Shown: in pieces, positions 1-11,379 of the stretch
Layout: every line of letters begins with the position of its first letter
How positions within the stretch are numbered: position 1 is the first letter of the stretch
Notes under the pieces: generated by a model
Databases searched by the model: none
The model's input: only the letters and a program-made list of their open reading frames with translations
Told to the model about the DNA's origin: nothing
Origin: Rebecca billardiae RCC1528
Lineage: Eukaryota > Protista > Haptophyta
DNA length: 64,000 nt
Reading direction: 5' to 3'
Assembly: GCA_965240325.2 (NCBI GenBank)
Contig: OZ251226.1
Coordinates: 1,798,001-1,862,000 of the forward strand
Position numbers and translations under genes: made by a program

Positions 1-1
1 C

Positions 2-465
2 GCGCAGCAGCGGCCGTCGTCGCGCTATCTCGATGATTTTGAGGTGAAGGAGCAGTTGGGCTCTGGCGGTTTTGGGCAGGTGTACAAGGTGCGGAACCGG
101 CTGGACGGGCTGCTGTACGCGATCAAGGTGATCAAGCTGCGCGGCTCCTCCTCCTCCCCGCGCACGCGCAAGATCCTCCGCGAGGTCATGACCCTATCCC
201 GGCTGCACCACGAGAACGTGGTCCGCTACTTCCAAGCGTGGCTGGAGGACTCGGTGGAGTCGGTGCACGAGCGGCTGCAGGGGCCGCGCGGGAGGGCGGG
301 CGGAGAGGAGGGCGAGGAGGGGGAGAGCGAGGAGGAGGAGGAGGAGGAGGACGATGATGACGAGGAGGAGGAGGAGGAGGACGACGACGAGGACGACGAG
401 GACGACGAGGAGGACGACGACGACGATGACGATGACGACGACGACGATGACGACGACGACGACGA

Positions 466-500
<35 letters not shown>

Positions 501-2192
501 ACGTCTCGGCGCGGCTCGTGCGCGCCAAGCCGCGCGCACCGCCCGCGCGCCGCCCGCCGCAGCCGCGGCGGCAGCGCAGCCGGCGGCGCGCGCTGTACAT
601 CCAGATGGAGTACTGCCACCAGACCCTTGCCGACAAGATTGGCGCGGCGGGCGAGGGCGGGCTGGATGAGGACGAGGCGTGGCGGTTATTTCGTCAGATC
701 CTCGTCGGCGTCCACTTCGTGCACGCGAAGGGGATCGCGCACCGCGACCTGAAGCCGGCGAACATCTTCATCGACGCGGCGGGGAACATCAAGCTCGGCG
801 ACTTCGGGCTGGCTACCAACCTCGGCACCGCGCGCACCAGCCTCGGCGTCGGCGCGGCAGGCTGGGAGGAGGCGCGGGACGCTGCCGTCGCGTCTCTTGA
901 GCACAGCGCGATCGCGGAGGGACTCACGGCGGAGGGGGACGGCGACCCGACGCAGACGTCGATCGTGGGGACGGCGCTGTACATCGACCCGCACGCGCGG
1001 CGCGGGGGCGACGGCGCCGCCGGCGCGGGCGCCAGCGCCGACGCCGAGCGCGACGGCGGCGCCGGCGGCGCGGCGGCGGGCAGCACGCGCGTCTTATTGA
1101 AAGCGCTTGATATGTACGCGCTCGGGATTGTTCTCTTCGAACTGAACTCGAAGTTCGGCACGATGATGGAGCGGCACGTGACGCTGGTCGCGCTGCGGCA
1201 GACGGGCGAGCCGCCCGCCGACTTCGCCGAGCGCAGGCCGCGCCAGGCCGCCCTCGTCAAGCAGCTGCTGCACCCGTCGGCGCGCGCGCGGCCGAGCGCG
1301 CGCGACGTTTTAGCGAGTGCGCTGCTGCCGCCTGTACCGGAGGACGAGCGCACTCGGGACACGGTCCGGCTGCTGCTCTCGTCGCCGCACTCGCCGTACT
1401 TCGCGCAGCTGCTCGACGGGCTCTTCCACCCGCAGCGCGCCCAGCTGCCCCACGCGGGGCGCGTGCTCGGCGCCTCCGATTCGCTCGTCGGCCTCGGCGG
1501 CGGCTTGGCCGGCGCGCGCACCTCGGCTGCGGGGGTGGCAGGCGTGAGCGCGGCGGGCGGCGCGGCCGCGCTGCGCGAGAGCACGGCGATGCGCTGGCTC
1601 GTCGCGCGGATCGAGCGGATCTTCCAGCTGCACGGCGCGCTGCCGCACGAGCCGCCGCCGCTCGTCGCGCAGCCGGAGGCCGGCGAGAGCGCCGGCTTCG
1701 AATCGGACGGCGGTGCGGACAGCGTGGACGTGGCGTCGCTGCCGCCGACCGCGGCCGAGGGCGGCGCGGCCGCGGCCGGCGGCGGTGGCCGCGGCGGCGC
1801 GCGCGCGCGCGACGGCGCGGCGCGGCGCGAGGACGCGGAGACGGCGGTGCTGATGGAGTCGTCCGGCGCGCTCGTGCAGCTGCTCCACGACTCGCGCCAG
1901 GACCTGCCACGCCTCCTGAGCAGTTGGCCAGACGGGGTCGCACTCCGACGCTACTCTGTCGCGCGCACGTGGCGCTCGCGCCGCCGCCGCCGCTCGGAAG
2001 AGGTGGAGGTGGGGGCGAGCGTGGGCGTGGCCGCGCTCGACTCGGCGGTGCTCGCCGACTTCGACGTCATCAGCGCGCTCCCGGCCCCCGCGTTCGGCAC
2101 GCACCTCGCCACGGCCACCGCGGAGTGCATCCGAGTCGCGTATGCGTGTGTGTGCGAAGCCTTGCCGCCGCCGACGGATGCGGGCGGCGGCA

Positions 2193-2236
<44 letters not shown>

Positions 2237-3565
2237 TCGGGCGCGAGCGGGGAGCAGTCGGGCGCGGCGTTCGAGATCCTGCTCAACCACGGCGCGCTCG
2301 GCAGCGCCTTCTTCGACGCGTGCGGCATCCCGCCCGACGACGGCCGGCGCGCCGCCGTTTCACGCGCGCTGCTAGGCGGCGCGCCCGCCGCGCGCACGGC
2401 AGGCGGCGGCTCTCGGTTGGATCCGGAGCTCGCCCTGCGCGCGGCGGGCGGCGAGCAGGCGGTGGCCGATCGGCTGGCGAAGTACGCGTGCGCGCCGTGG
2501 CCGCCGTCCAAGCTCGACGACCTGTTCCTCTGGACCGCCTCCGCCGCGCCGCCGCGGAGCACGGGCGCGCCGCGCACGCGCGCGCGCTCGCAGCGCGCGG
2601 CGGGCGCGCTCGACGGCGCCCGATCCGAGCTCGCAGGCGTGCTTCGGGGCCTGGGGCAGATGGGCGTGGCGGTGGAGGAGGTGGTGCGGATCGCGCCGCT
2701 GCTGCCCGCGACGGCGCGCGCGTCGTTCGCCGAGGGCGAGCTGCGCTTCGACGTGCGCGCGCGCGGCTCGCGCCGCTCGCTCGCGCGCGGCGGCCGCGTC
2801 GCCCCCGCCGTGCTGCGCGGCCGTGTCGCCGTGGGCGCGTCAGTTGCGCTTCGGCCGCTGCTCGCGCACGCGCACGCGCTGCGCCGCGCCGCGTCGCGCG
2901 CGTCGGCGCACCCGGCGTCGGCGGGCCCCCCCGGCGCCGACCCGCTCGGCGTCGCCCTGGGCACCGTGGGCGCGGGGCCGCCCGTCGCCGACTGCGACGC
3001 GCTCGTCTGCTCGGTCGGCGCCGGGCTGCTTGCCGACCGCGTTAGCCTTGTGTCGGAGCTCTGGTCCGCGGGCGTGCGCGCGCGCTGCCTGTACACGGAG
3101 GACCCGACGTACCACGAGCAGCTGGCGTGGGCGCAGGCGCACCACGTGCCCTGCCTCGTCGTCATCCGCGAGGCCACGCGGCACAGCCGGCAGCTCAAGA
3201 TCAAGCACCTCGCCGCCGACCGCAAGTCGGAGCTCGACCTCGACCGGAGTGATGTTGCCCGGCACCTGCTCGCGCTCGCAGGCGCCGACGCGGCCGGCGG
3301 CGCGCCCGTGGGCCTGGGGACGGCCGGGCTGGCGGCGGGGAGCATCGGCGCGCACGCCGCGCCGAGCGCGATGCGCGAGCACTCGCAGGCCAGCGCGCTC
3401 GCCGGCGGCGCCGCCGGTGCCCTCGGCGCCTCGACTGGCGCCGAGCGGCACGCGCATGCGCCGTCGGGCGGAGCCGCCGGCGCCGGCGCCGCGCCGACGC
3501 CGGGCGTCGAGCGCCTCAACTTGCGGCAGGGGAAGCGCCGCGGCGGGGGGAAGCGCGACACGTGA
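2..3565 (+). CDS. GCN2: eIF2-alpha kinase GCN2 (5' end lies outside the window)
   Basis: Frame is open from base 2 (SRYLDDFEVKEQLGSGGFGQVYKVRNRLDG). Kinase motifs LYIQMEYC, HRDLKPANIF, KLGDFGLA. Followed by a degenerate HisRS-like region and a C-terminal anticodon-binding-like domain (VSELWSAGVRA...PCLVVI). Confidence 0.9.
307..497 (+). repeat. Coding GAG/GAC/GAT trinucleotide tract (poly-E/D kinase insert)
   Basis: About 60 nearly all acidic codons inside the GCN2 kinase insert. Confidence 0.9.
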
Positions 3566-3585
3566 AGCCTGGCGAGCGAATACGC

Positions 3586-4930
3586 GCGCGGCTCTGGTCA
3601 CTGTCCGGGACGTCCAGCAGGGGTGCATTTAACCATTTGGGGGGGTCTGGGGGGGGCTCCCCCCAGCCCATCGAAGGACCAAATACGCCTCAATTAGTCA
3701 ATAGGGGCCCAACTCGCCAGATTTGCATGGGCGCAGACTGCCGCAAATGCGGCGCTGGGCCGGAGCCGTGCAGCGGCGTCGATTGACAGCGTCAGCTGTG
3801 CGCCGCCTCGCGACGACCATGCGACGCCTCGCACAAAGCCCCGATATCGGCGCCTCCCTCGCGAGTCAAGACGTAGCGTAGTGCTGGATCGAGCGACGCA
3901 TCAGTGACCGCCGCCGCGGCCGCCGCACCTCGGCGCGCTCGCGAACTCGCTGAGCCGTCAGCCAAGCGCGAGCTCGTGCGCACGCCCGCGCCTCCGCGAG
4001 CTGACGGCACGGCCCGGGGTGCGAGCAGCTCGACGCCGACAGCGCGCAGCTCGCTCGAGTTGACGCGCAGCTTCTCGCCCGGCGGCGACTCCCAGTGCAC
4101 GAAGGTGCGCCCGGTCGGATCGTCGGCTGTGCGGTGCAGCCAGCGCCGCACGCAGATCACCGACTCGCCCTGGTCGAAGCGGGTGCCCTCGTACGTCTCG
4201 CGCCGCGCGAAGGTCTTCTCGATGGGAGAGCCCGAGCCATTGACGTCGCCCAGCTCGCACAGCCAGAAATGCCCCGGCCGGAGATGCGGCTCCTCCTCGG
4301 TCGACCACAGCTAAACCTAGGCGCAGCATCCCACTCCTTCCACCCCTGCGCGTGGAGCACGGCGGCAAAGCAGACGGGATTCAAATCGGCGTGCGAGTCG
4401 AGCTTGCCCAGCAGCTCGAGGAGCACGTCTTCCTCCGTGAAGCGCTTGTGAACGGTGCTGGCGGCAACCATGACGTGCTTCGGGCAACGGCAATCCGTAT
4501 GGCCAGGGCAAGCCAGGGTCACCGTGTACCTGCGCTCGTTGGGAGATGCGCGCGCATTGTCCCACCCACGCGAGCGCGTCAGCGAGCCCGTCGTCATCGG
4601 ATGGTCCTCTATCTGCTTGGCCAGCTGACGTCTCCGCGCGCCGGGCGCGGCTGCGACACCCGACATGGCCGCAGCTCACCGTTGGAGTCCGGGAACTTGA
4701 AAAAAAAAGTTCAGCACGATGGAGTCCTCCGTGTTCGACGTGACGACGCCTTCGAACACGTCGAGGCGTGAGAAGACGTCGATTACTTCGATGAGGACTA
4801 CGTTACTTCGTCCGCCGCCCCGGAGATCTTTCGATTGGTACCCTCATCGCTCCCTGGCTCCCAGGGGTTCGACTAAATGCACCCCCCCCATAGGGTCAGT
4901 GGACGTCCCTGACTGTGGCTGGAGCCGCGC
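3586..4930 (-). mobile_element. Putative internally deleted DNA transposon with imperfect TIRs
   Basis: 3586-3616 matches the reverse complement of 4900-4930 at 26/31. An inner perfect 12-bp IR is GGGGTGCATTTA (3620-3631) / TAAATGCACCCC (4874-4885). The interior holds two minus-strand coding fragments joined out of frame at about 4315. Confidence 0.55.
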
Positions 4931-6005
4931 CACGGTCGACTGTCGTCCCGTCGTCATGTTCATGATTTGCAGCGCGATGGCCCATGATGATCAACTGTGA
5001 TGACGATGTGAGTCGGGCTGAGTAGTGCCTGAAGTAGTGGCACGCGTGCGTGATCGCGGAATCTTATTACTGTCTTAGTGTCTTACTGACCGAGATCGAG
5101 TGACCGCGACGATATAACGAATAAGCCTAAAGGGCCGAGCCACTATAATTGTCAGGTTACTGTATACCCAGATCGCGCGGAGTTATTATAAAAACCCGCC
5201 ATCGTTTTGGTCAAAACTGGGCGCAAAGTCTGGTCTTTCTGCCGGCGGATCGCGTGATGGCAGAGGAGCACTGCAGCTGCGCCTTCTCCCCCGGGCGACC
5301 CGGCGCCAGCGGCGCGGCGCGCGCGCGGCTGCGACTCGGCGCTCGCGTTCGACCCGTACGACAGCCGCACCGGACTCGCTGCGCCCCTTGGCTCGCTTGC
5401 CCACCGAGCGCCGCGCGGACCTGGCATGCGGGCCGCGGGCCATGCCCAAGGTACCAAATACCAATCGTCATCAAATTTGTGCGACGCCGCTAGCGGCGAG
5501 GTTGGCACCGGCGACGAGTAGGATGGGTTCTTGACCTCCGCACGTCCCACGCGGAAGTCAAGAGCGCGTCGGAGCGGCCGGGGACCGCGACCTCGTCGCT
5601 GCCGCCGTCGCACAAATTCGCGCACGTCGGCCGTGGGCACGTCGCCGCACGATGGCGGCTGCCTGACAGTTATAGTGGCTTAACCCTTTAAGGATTATTA
5701 ATGCTGTACTAGCTGCTCTGTCGACGTACGCAGTGATGAGTCTAGTATAGTCCGAGTAAGTACTAAGAAGTCGGCCCTACTGTACAGCTTACCCCCGGTA
5801 CCCGTCTGTACCGCGCCCCGGACCTGCGCCGTGCGCGACAGGACACAGCAGGTCCCGCGGCGGTCAGATCAGCGCAGTACGTGAGTACGTTACCCGGCTG
5901 TGGGTCCGAGGCCGTGTCGCCGGGGCTGCGTGTGGCCCACTCCGCCCACTGCCGCACTGGCACCACTGATTAGGGCGCCGCCGAGGCGCGCTATATAGGC
6001 GGCTA

Positions 6006-6041
6006 TATATGACCGCGTTCCGCGGTCCTTCCGTAGAACCA
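6006..6041 (-). repeat. Dispersed hairpin motif next to a TA run (Helitron-3'-end-like), copy 1
   Basis: TATATGACCGCGTTCCGCGGTCCTTYCGTAGAACCA recurs at 36131-36166. It contains the 7-bp stem GACCGCG/CGCGGTC. Confidence 0.6.
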
Positions 6042-6199
6042 ACGCAGTTAGAGGCCCGCGGTGCACCCTCCGTCGGCCGTCGGCTGTCACTGTCAGTCTG
6101 ACATGTGTAACAGTTCGCCTGAGGACTGTCGCCGCGCGGGCCGCGCGCGGGGAAGCGGCCGCTGGGGCGGCGCGCGCGCGCAGGGCGAGAGGCGCCGCG

Positions 6200-7400
6200 C
6201 GGCGCGGGCCGGCGCGTGCGCGCGTGCGGGCGCACCTGCTTGAGGTGCTCGCGCTGCGCCATGCGCTCGACGACGGGCCGCTGGTCGCTCAGCCGGCGCG
6301 CCTCGTGCCGGCAGAGCGAGAGCGCGCGCCACTCGGCTGCCCTGGCCTGCCGCTGCGCAGCCGCGCACCGAGACCGAGCGAGCGGAGCTCGGGGTGGAAC
6401 GAGGCGAGCGGCGCGTCGCGCCTGCCGCGGCGCGTGCGCGCCTGCTCCACCGCGCCGCCGTGCTCGCCCGCCGCCTCCTCCGCCGCGTCGGCGGCCTCGA
6501 AGACGGCGGCGGCCAGCCAACGGCAGGCTCGGAGCCTGTGCGCGCTCCTGAACCGGCGCCGATCGCCTCGACGGCCGTCTACTCCGCACAGCTGGCTGCT
6601 CGAGCTGCTGCACGGGGCGTCGCGACGAGGGCGCCGCGCGCGCCCAGCGCGTCCGTCGCCGCGTCGCGCAGCGCGTCGCGCTCGGCGTCGCGCTTCGCCA
6701 GCTCGGCGCACAGCGCCTCCGCGCGCACGTGCTGGCATGCACGGCCTGTCTGTCAGTGTCTGTGTGCCTGTGACGCCGCCCATCTGCGCGCGCAGCTCGG
6801 CTGCAGCTCGGCTGCAGCTCGACGGCGGACTCGTCGCGGCTGGCGGCGAGGGTGCGCAACGCGTCGACGGCCGAGGCCTGCAGCCCGGTGATCGCCGCGT
6901 CGACGCGCGCGGCGCATTCCCAGCGCAGCTCCTCGCGCTACGTGGCCGCCGCTTGCGTGCAGCAGTGTCTTGCGAGCGTTCGGGACTGGCTGGCTGCTCG
7001 TCCTCACGCTGCTGCACCTCAGCGCCGCCGTCGACCGAGTTGAGGAGGAGCTCGCGCTCGGCGTCGAGGAGCGAGCTCGCGTGCTCGAGCTCGCCCTTCA
7101 GCTGCGCGAACTCCGGGCGCATCCGGCTCATCTCCGCTGCGTGCTCGGCGCGCTCACTCATCCTCGAAGCGTCCGAGCGACAAGCTCGTGAGCGTGCTCC
7201 GGACTCGGCTCGCCCTTGCGCGCTCCTCCTCGAGCGACGAACACGCCCGCGGGCAGGCTGTTGCCCGCCGCCTCCGCCGCGATCTCGCCGCCCCCGCCGC
7301 CGCGATCTCGTCGCGCATGCTTTGCAGCGGGGCGCTGTGGGCGCGCCGTCGGCACGGCCTGGCGACGGACCGGACCGAGCGAGACGCGCGCGACGCCTCG
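6200..7400 (-). pseudogene. Frameshifted coiled-coil protein fragment
   Basis: Coiled-coil-like peptides (MSERAEHAAEMSRMRPEFAQLKGELEHASSLLDAERELL; AAAVFEAADAAEEAAGEH) are spread over changing frames. Confidence 0.4.
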
Positions 7401-7842
7401 GGGAGAGCCGGAGCGGAGCGCGAGGGCGAGAGCAGAGCGCGAGGGGGAGACCAGCGGCCGGCCGGCTCCCGCCACCGCGCGCGCACCGCGGCGTACGCGG
7501 CGCCGACACGCACGTCCCCGGTCAGGGCGCCGCAGCGACGAAGCGAACGCGAACGAGCGAGCGAGCAGCTCGAGAGTCGAGGGCCGTCCGTGCTCGGTCG
7601 AATAAGTGAGCGTAGGGCGCGCGCCTGGCGGCTCCCAGTATCCAACTTATTGCGAATAGGTAGCAAAACTTGATCACTTCCAAGTGCCCGTGTATGGCCT
7701 ATGTTTCCAGCACCAAGTGATGCATCGGTAAATAACAGCGCGCCGCGCGCGCACGCAGTACGCCGACATGCAGTAGTTGAGGAGGACCCTGACCATGCAC
7801 ATCAACATGCACTTTCAAAAGGTTGCGCTTAGGCCCGGTTTG

Positions 7843-8057
7843 TAGGCGGGTAACTTGTTACGTTTTAACAAGCCGCCATAGGCGCCATTCAAAGAATCTC
7901 GTTTAACATTAGTGCACAGGCGGTTCATCCATCGAGGCAGGCGGGTAATATGGTTGAACAAGCGCTATTCAAAAGAATCTCTTTTAATATTATAGGGCGG
8001 TTCATCCATCGAGACAGGCGGGTAGGTGTTTAAACAAAGCGCTATTCAGAAGCATCT
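7843..8057. repeat. Degenerate ~80-bp tandem repeat (about 2.5 copies)
   Basis: ATTCAAA(A)GAATCTC...GGCGGTTCATCCATCGAGRCAGGCGGGTA...AACAA(A)GCGCTATTCA is repeated. Confidence 0.7.
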
Positions 8058-8615
8058 GGCCTCATAGCTGTTTTCGACCCAAAACAATCAAACGTCGCTC
8101 GGCAAACTCGTACTCCAGCAATCCAGCATACAAGAATGACAAAAATACTCACTTGTTTCACCCCCGGGGTATCTGATCCCACGTCCGCCCATCGACTTAT
8201 GCGGAATGGCGTGGGCGCGCTTATTTCGTCAAGCGCGTAGTTGCTAATGCAGAGCACTATGGGCCAACGTACCCCTCGAAAAAGCGAAAACTCACCCTCC
8301 AACACCCCTCAAAATCGTCCCCCGTCCCCTTTTCTTTGATCAAAAGATCTTTTTGACAACGTAGTGAGGGCCCCCGGCGGGGCTCCACGCTAAGCGCTCC
8401 GCCCTACACCGCGGGCCATAAAGTTCTCCGCGTATTCATTCATACTACAATCATACGGGCGGCGGCGCCGACTGCTAAATCACTAAATGTATATTATATT
8501 ATTATTATTGTCGTCGTTATATTACGTCAATCACCGTTATTATTAGTACTATATTGGGCTAAGCTGCGCGTGGAATCCGACGCGTCGCGTCGTCGGTTGT
8601 CGACGGTAACATATA

Positions 8616-10219
8616 TTAGCGGAGTTCTCGGAAATTACCACCGCCGCGGCCGGCGCCCAAGGCCGCCGCCACGCCGCCGCCGTAGCCCGCCGACGCCCTC
8701 CGCTTGCGAGCGTCGTTCGAGCGACGGCGCTGGTCGAACAGCACACACGCGCACACGACGAAGCCGAGGGCAACGACGGATGCGGCAAGGCCCAGGACGA
8801 GCTGCGCAATGGTCACACAGGCATCACGCGCGCACGGCATGAGTCCGGTGCACGCGCGCGCGCGGTGGCGCACGCGCGTGGCGCGGGCAGACACCCCAGG
8901 GCGCGCGTGCCCGCACGGCGCGTTCGGCGGCGCTCGCAGCTCCGTACCCCGTCCACCTTGTTGATTTTCTTCACCACCTCGACAGGAGGGGGCGAGGGGG
9001 GCAAGGGCGGGGACGGCGGCGGCGGTGCCGGCGGCGGAGGCGATGGCGGTGGCGGCGGCGGAGAGGGCGGCGGCGGCAAAGGTGGCGGCGGCGGTGGCGG
9101 TGACGGCGGCGGCGGGGGCGAGGGTGGGGGCGGAGAAGGCGGCGGGGGCGATGGCGGAGGCGGAGGCGGCGAGGGCGGTGGGGGCGATGGCGGAGGCGGG
9201 GGTGAGGGCGGCGGAGGCGATGGCGGCGGCGGTGGCGGTGACGGCGGTGGCGGCGACGGCGGTGGAGGCGATGGCGGCGGTGGCGGTGGCGGCGACGGCG
9301 GCGGAGTGGACGGCGGTGGCGGCGGCGATGGAGGTGGCGGCGATGGCGGCGGTGATGGTGGCGGAGGCGACGGTGGTGGCACGGGCGGCGGCGGGCTCGG
9401 CGGTGGTGAGGGGGGCGGTGGGGGCGGGGGCGACGGCGGCGGCGGGGGCGACGGCGGCGGAGGTGATGGCGGGGGCGGGGGCGACGGCGGCGGCGGCGGT
9501 GACGGTGGCGGCGGAGACGGCGGCGGCGGCGGTGACGGCGGCGGCGGGGGTGACGGCGGCGGCGGTGAGGGCGGCGGCGGCGGTGACGGTGGCGGCGGCG
9601 ATGGTGGCGGCGGCGGCGATGGCGGCGGTGGCGGCGATGGTGGCGGCGGCGATGGCGGCGGCGGCGGCGATGGCGGCGGCGGCGATGGCGGCGGCGGCGG
9701 CGATGGCGGCGGTGGCGGCGATGGGGGCGGCGGCGATGGAGGCGGAGGCGGCGATGGGGGCGGCGGCGATGGAGGCGGAGGCGGCGATGGCGGCGGCGGC
9801 GATGGCGGCGGAGGCGGCAACGGCGGCGGCGGCGACGGCGGCGGCGGCGGCGGCAATGGCGGCGGCGGCGACGGCGGCGGTGGCGGCGGAGGACGCGGGG
9901 ACGGCGGTGGGGGCGAGGGCGAGGGCGAGGGTGGCGGGCGCGGTGACGGCGGCGACGGCTGCACGGCAATCGGCGGCTCGGCGCCCTGCAGCTGCCGATG
10001 GGTCGATGCATGTCCTTGTGCCTCGGTGGCGTGCACTGCGTAAATGCACGCGCCCGCGCCCGATGCCGCCCCGGTCCCCACCGCGGCGGGTGCGTAGTTG
10101 ATAGCAGAAGGATCAGCGCACCCGGGTGAAGTCAGCGGGTATCCGTAGGCGGCTGCGACCAAGCAGGCGGCCATCGCGGCAGTAAAGCTGCCGGATCGCC
10201 CCGCGACCATCGTGCTCAT
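8616..10219 (-). CDS. Proline-rich (SPPPP, extensin-like) type I membrane glycoprotein; 1 intron (~8802-8956)
   Basis: Signal-like AAMAACLVAAAYG, GCADPSAINY motif and about 320 aa of SP3-5 repeats. A phase-0 GT..AG intron joins this to exon LVLGLAASVVALGFVVCACVLF (TM) plus a basic tail ending at stop 8616. Confidence 0.75.
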
Positions 10220-11379
10220 CACGCCTCTTCCCGCCGGAGACACGAGATGCCGATCCCGGGCCCGGAAGGGACGTTCACACGATTCTGACACTGCCAAGTG
10301 CCAACCCGCGCGTCCGCTTCCTGGGACGAGGGCGACCAGTTTTCGGGGTATGGGGGTACGTACTGGCAGTAGCTCGAAGCGGCGGGATCTCAGACTGCTC
10401 CGCCGTGCACCAAGCAACATGTTGCCCTTGTCAAGATGATGATAAACTGCTACAAAAGCGTGTCGACGACTGGCGACGGATGACGTGACCCATATTCAAT
10501 CTTGCATCTGTGGCTCCCAGAATGTTCTGCGCCGCCAAATTTATAGTAATATTCAAGATAGGAAAGTTCAGCCGGGGCTAGTGCGCCCAAGGGGAGAATC
10601 TGCACGCGTGCTACTCCCCTCGCCCACCCTGAAGGGCGCGTCGGGCGCACACAGTGCGGCCGTGCAAGTGCCCGTGGAGGCGGCGCGCTCGGCTGGGCAG
10701 GTGCTAGGGAGCACGTGTCGCCCTCCTACTCCGCGCGCCTTGCTTGCCGCCGCTTTCGCCGCGCATAAGACCAGCACGCAAGCGTGCCGGGCGCGTCCTG
10801 CGCCGCCGAGCAATCGGCTTGCGCACGTGGCAGCCGCCCGCGCATGCGTGGTGCGCGATCTGGTCGGCGCGGTCTGGTCGGCGCAAGTCGGTCGGGGCCA
10901 TCGGGCGAGGTTAGCACAATAGACGCGCGCCATGCCGCCTCGCACCGCCGCGCATGAGCCCGGTTGCACCCCCGGCCCTGGCAGCTGTTGAAGGATGCTG
11001 ATCGAGAGGGTGGCTCTCAGGACGCGACGCACGCGTGCGCGCTGGCCTGAGGCACGGCGAAAGCGGCGGCGAGCAAGGCGCGTGGCGTAGGAGGGCGACA
11101 CGTACTCCCTTACACCTGCCCAGCCGCGCGCGCCGCCTCCGCGAGCGCTTGTACGGCCACGGGAGCTCGCTCCGTGACCGATAGCGCGGCCCCACCACTC
11201 GTCGGCCCCCCAGGGCCGCCGGCGCCCAAGAAAGTTAGTCGCTGGAGGGAGGCCGCGCAGAGAGCGAGTGGCGAACAACCTCTGTCGCGCGCGCAGCTGG
11301 GAGTTGACAGCTTTTACCGCCCTTGCTGGGGCATTGATGGCTGACAATTCGGTTGCAGCCAACGCGCGAATACTCGCTA

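Larger units (their letters stand above)
6052..8418. mobile_element. Putative PIF/Harbinger-like non-autonomous element carrying a gene fragment
   Basis: GGCCCGCGGTGCA (6053-6065) and TACACCGCGGGCC (8405-8417) form a 12/13 IR, flanked by TAG/TAA. The right end (8290-8420) is homologous, inverted, to 42799-42960. Confidence 0.4.

Noticed and set aside
5680-5693. TTAACCCTTT piggyBac-like terminus
   Set aside because: No matching opposite terminus found.
7843-8057. Repeats that could look CRISPR-like
   Set aside because: Degenerate tandem units without unique spacers, no cas genes, eukaryotic context.
8865-10043. Gly-rich 392-aa ORF on the + strand
   Set aside because: Antisense shadow of the SPPPP gene, which has a signal peptide, splice sites and a TM.
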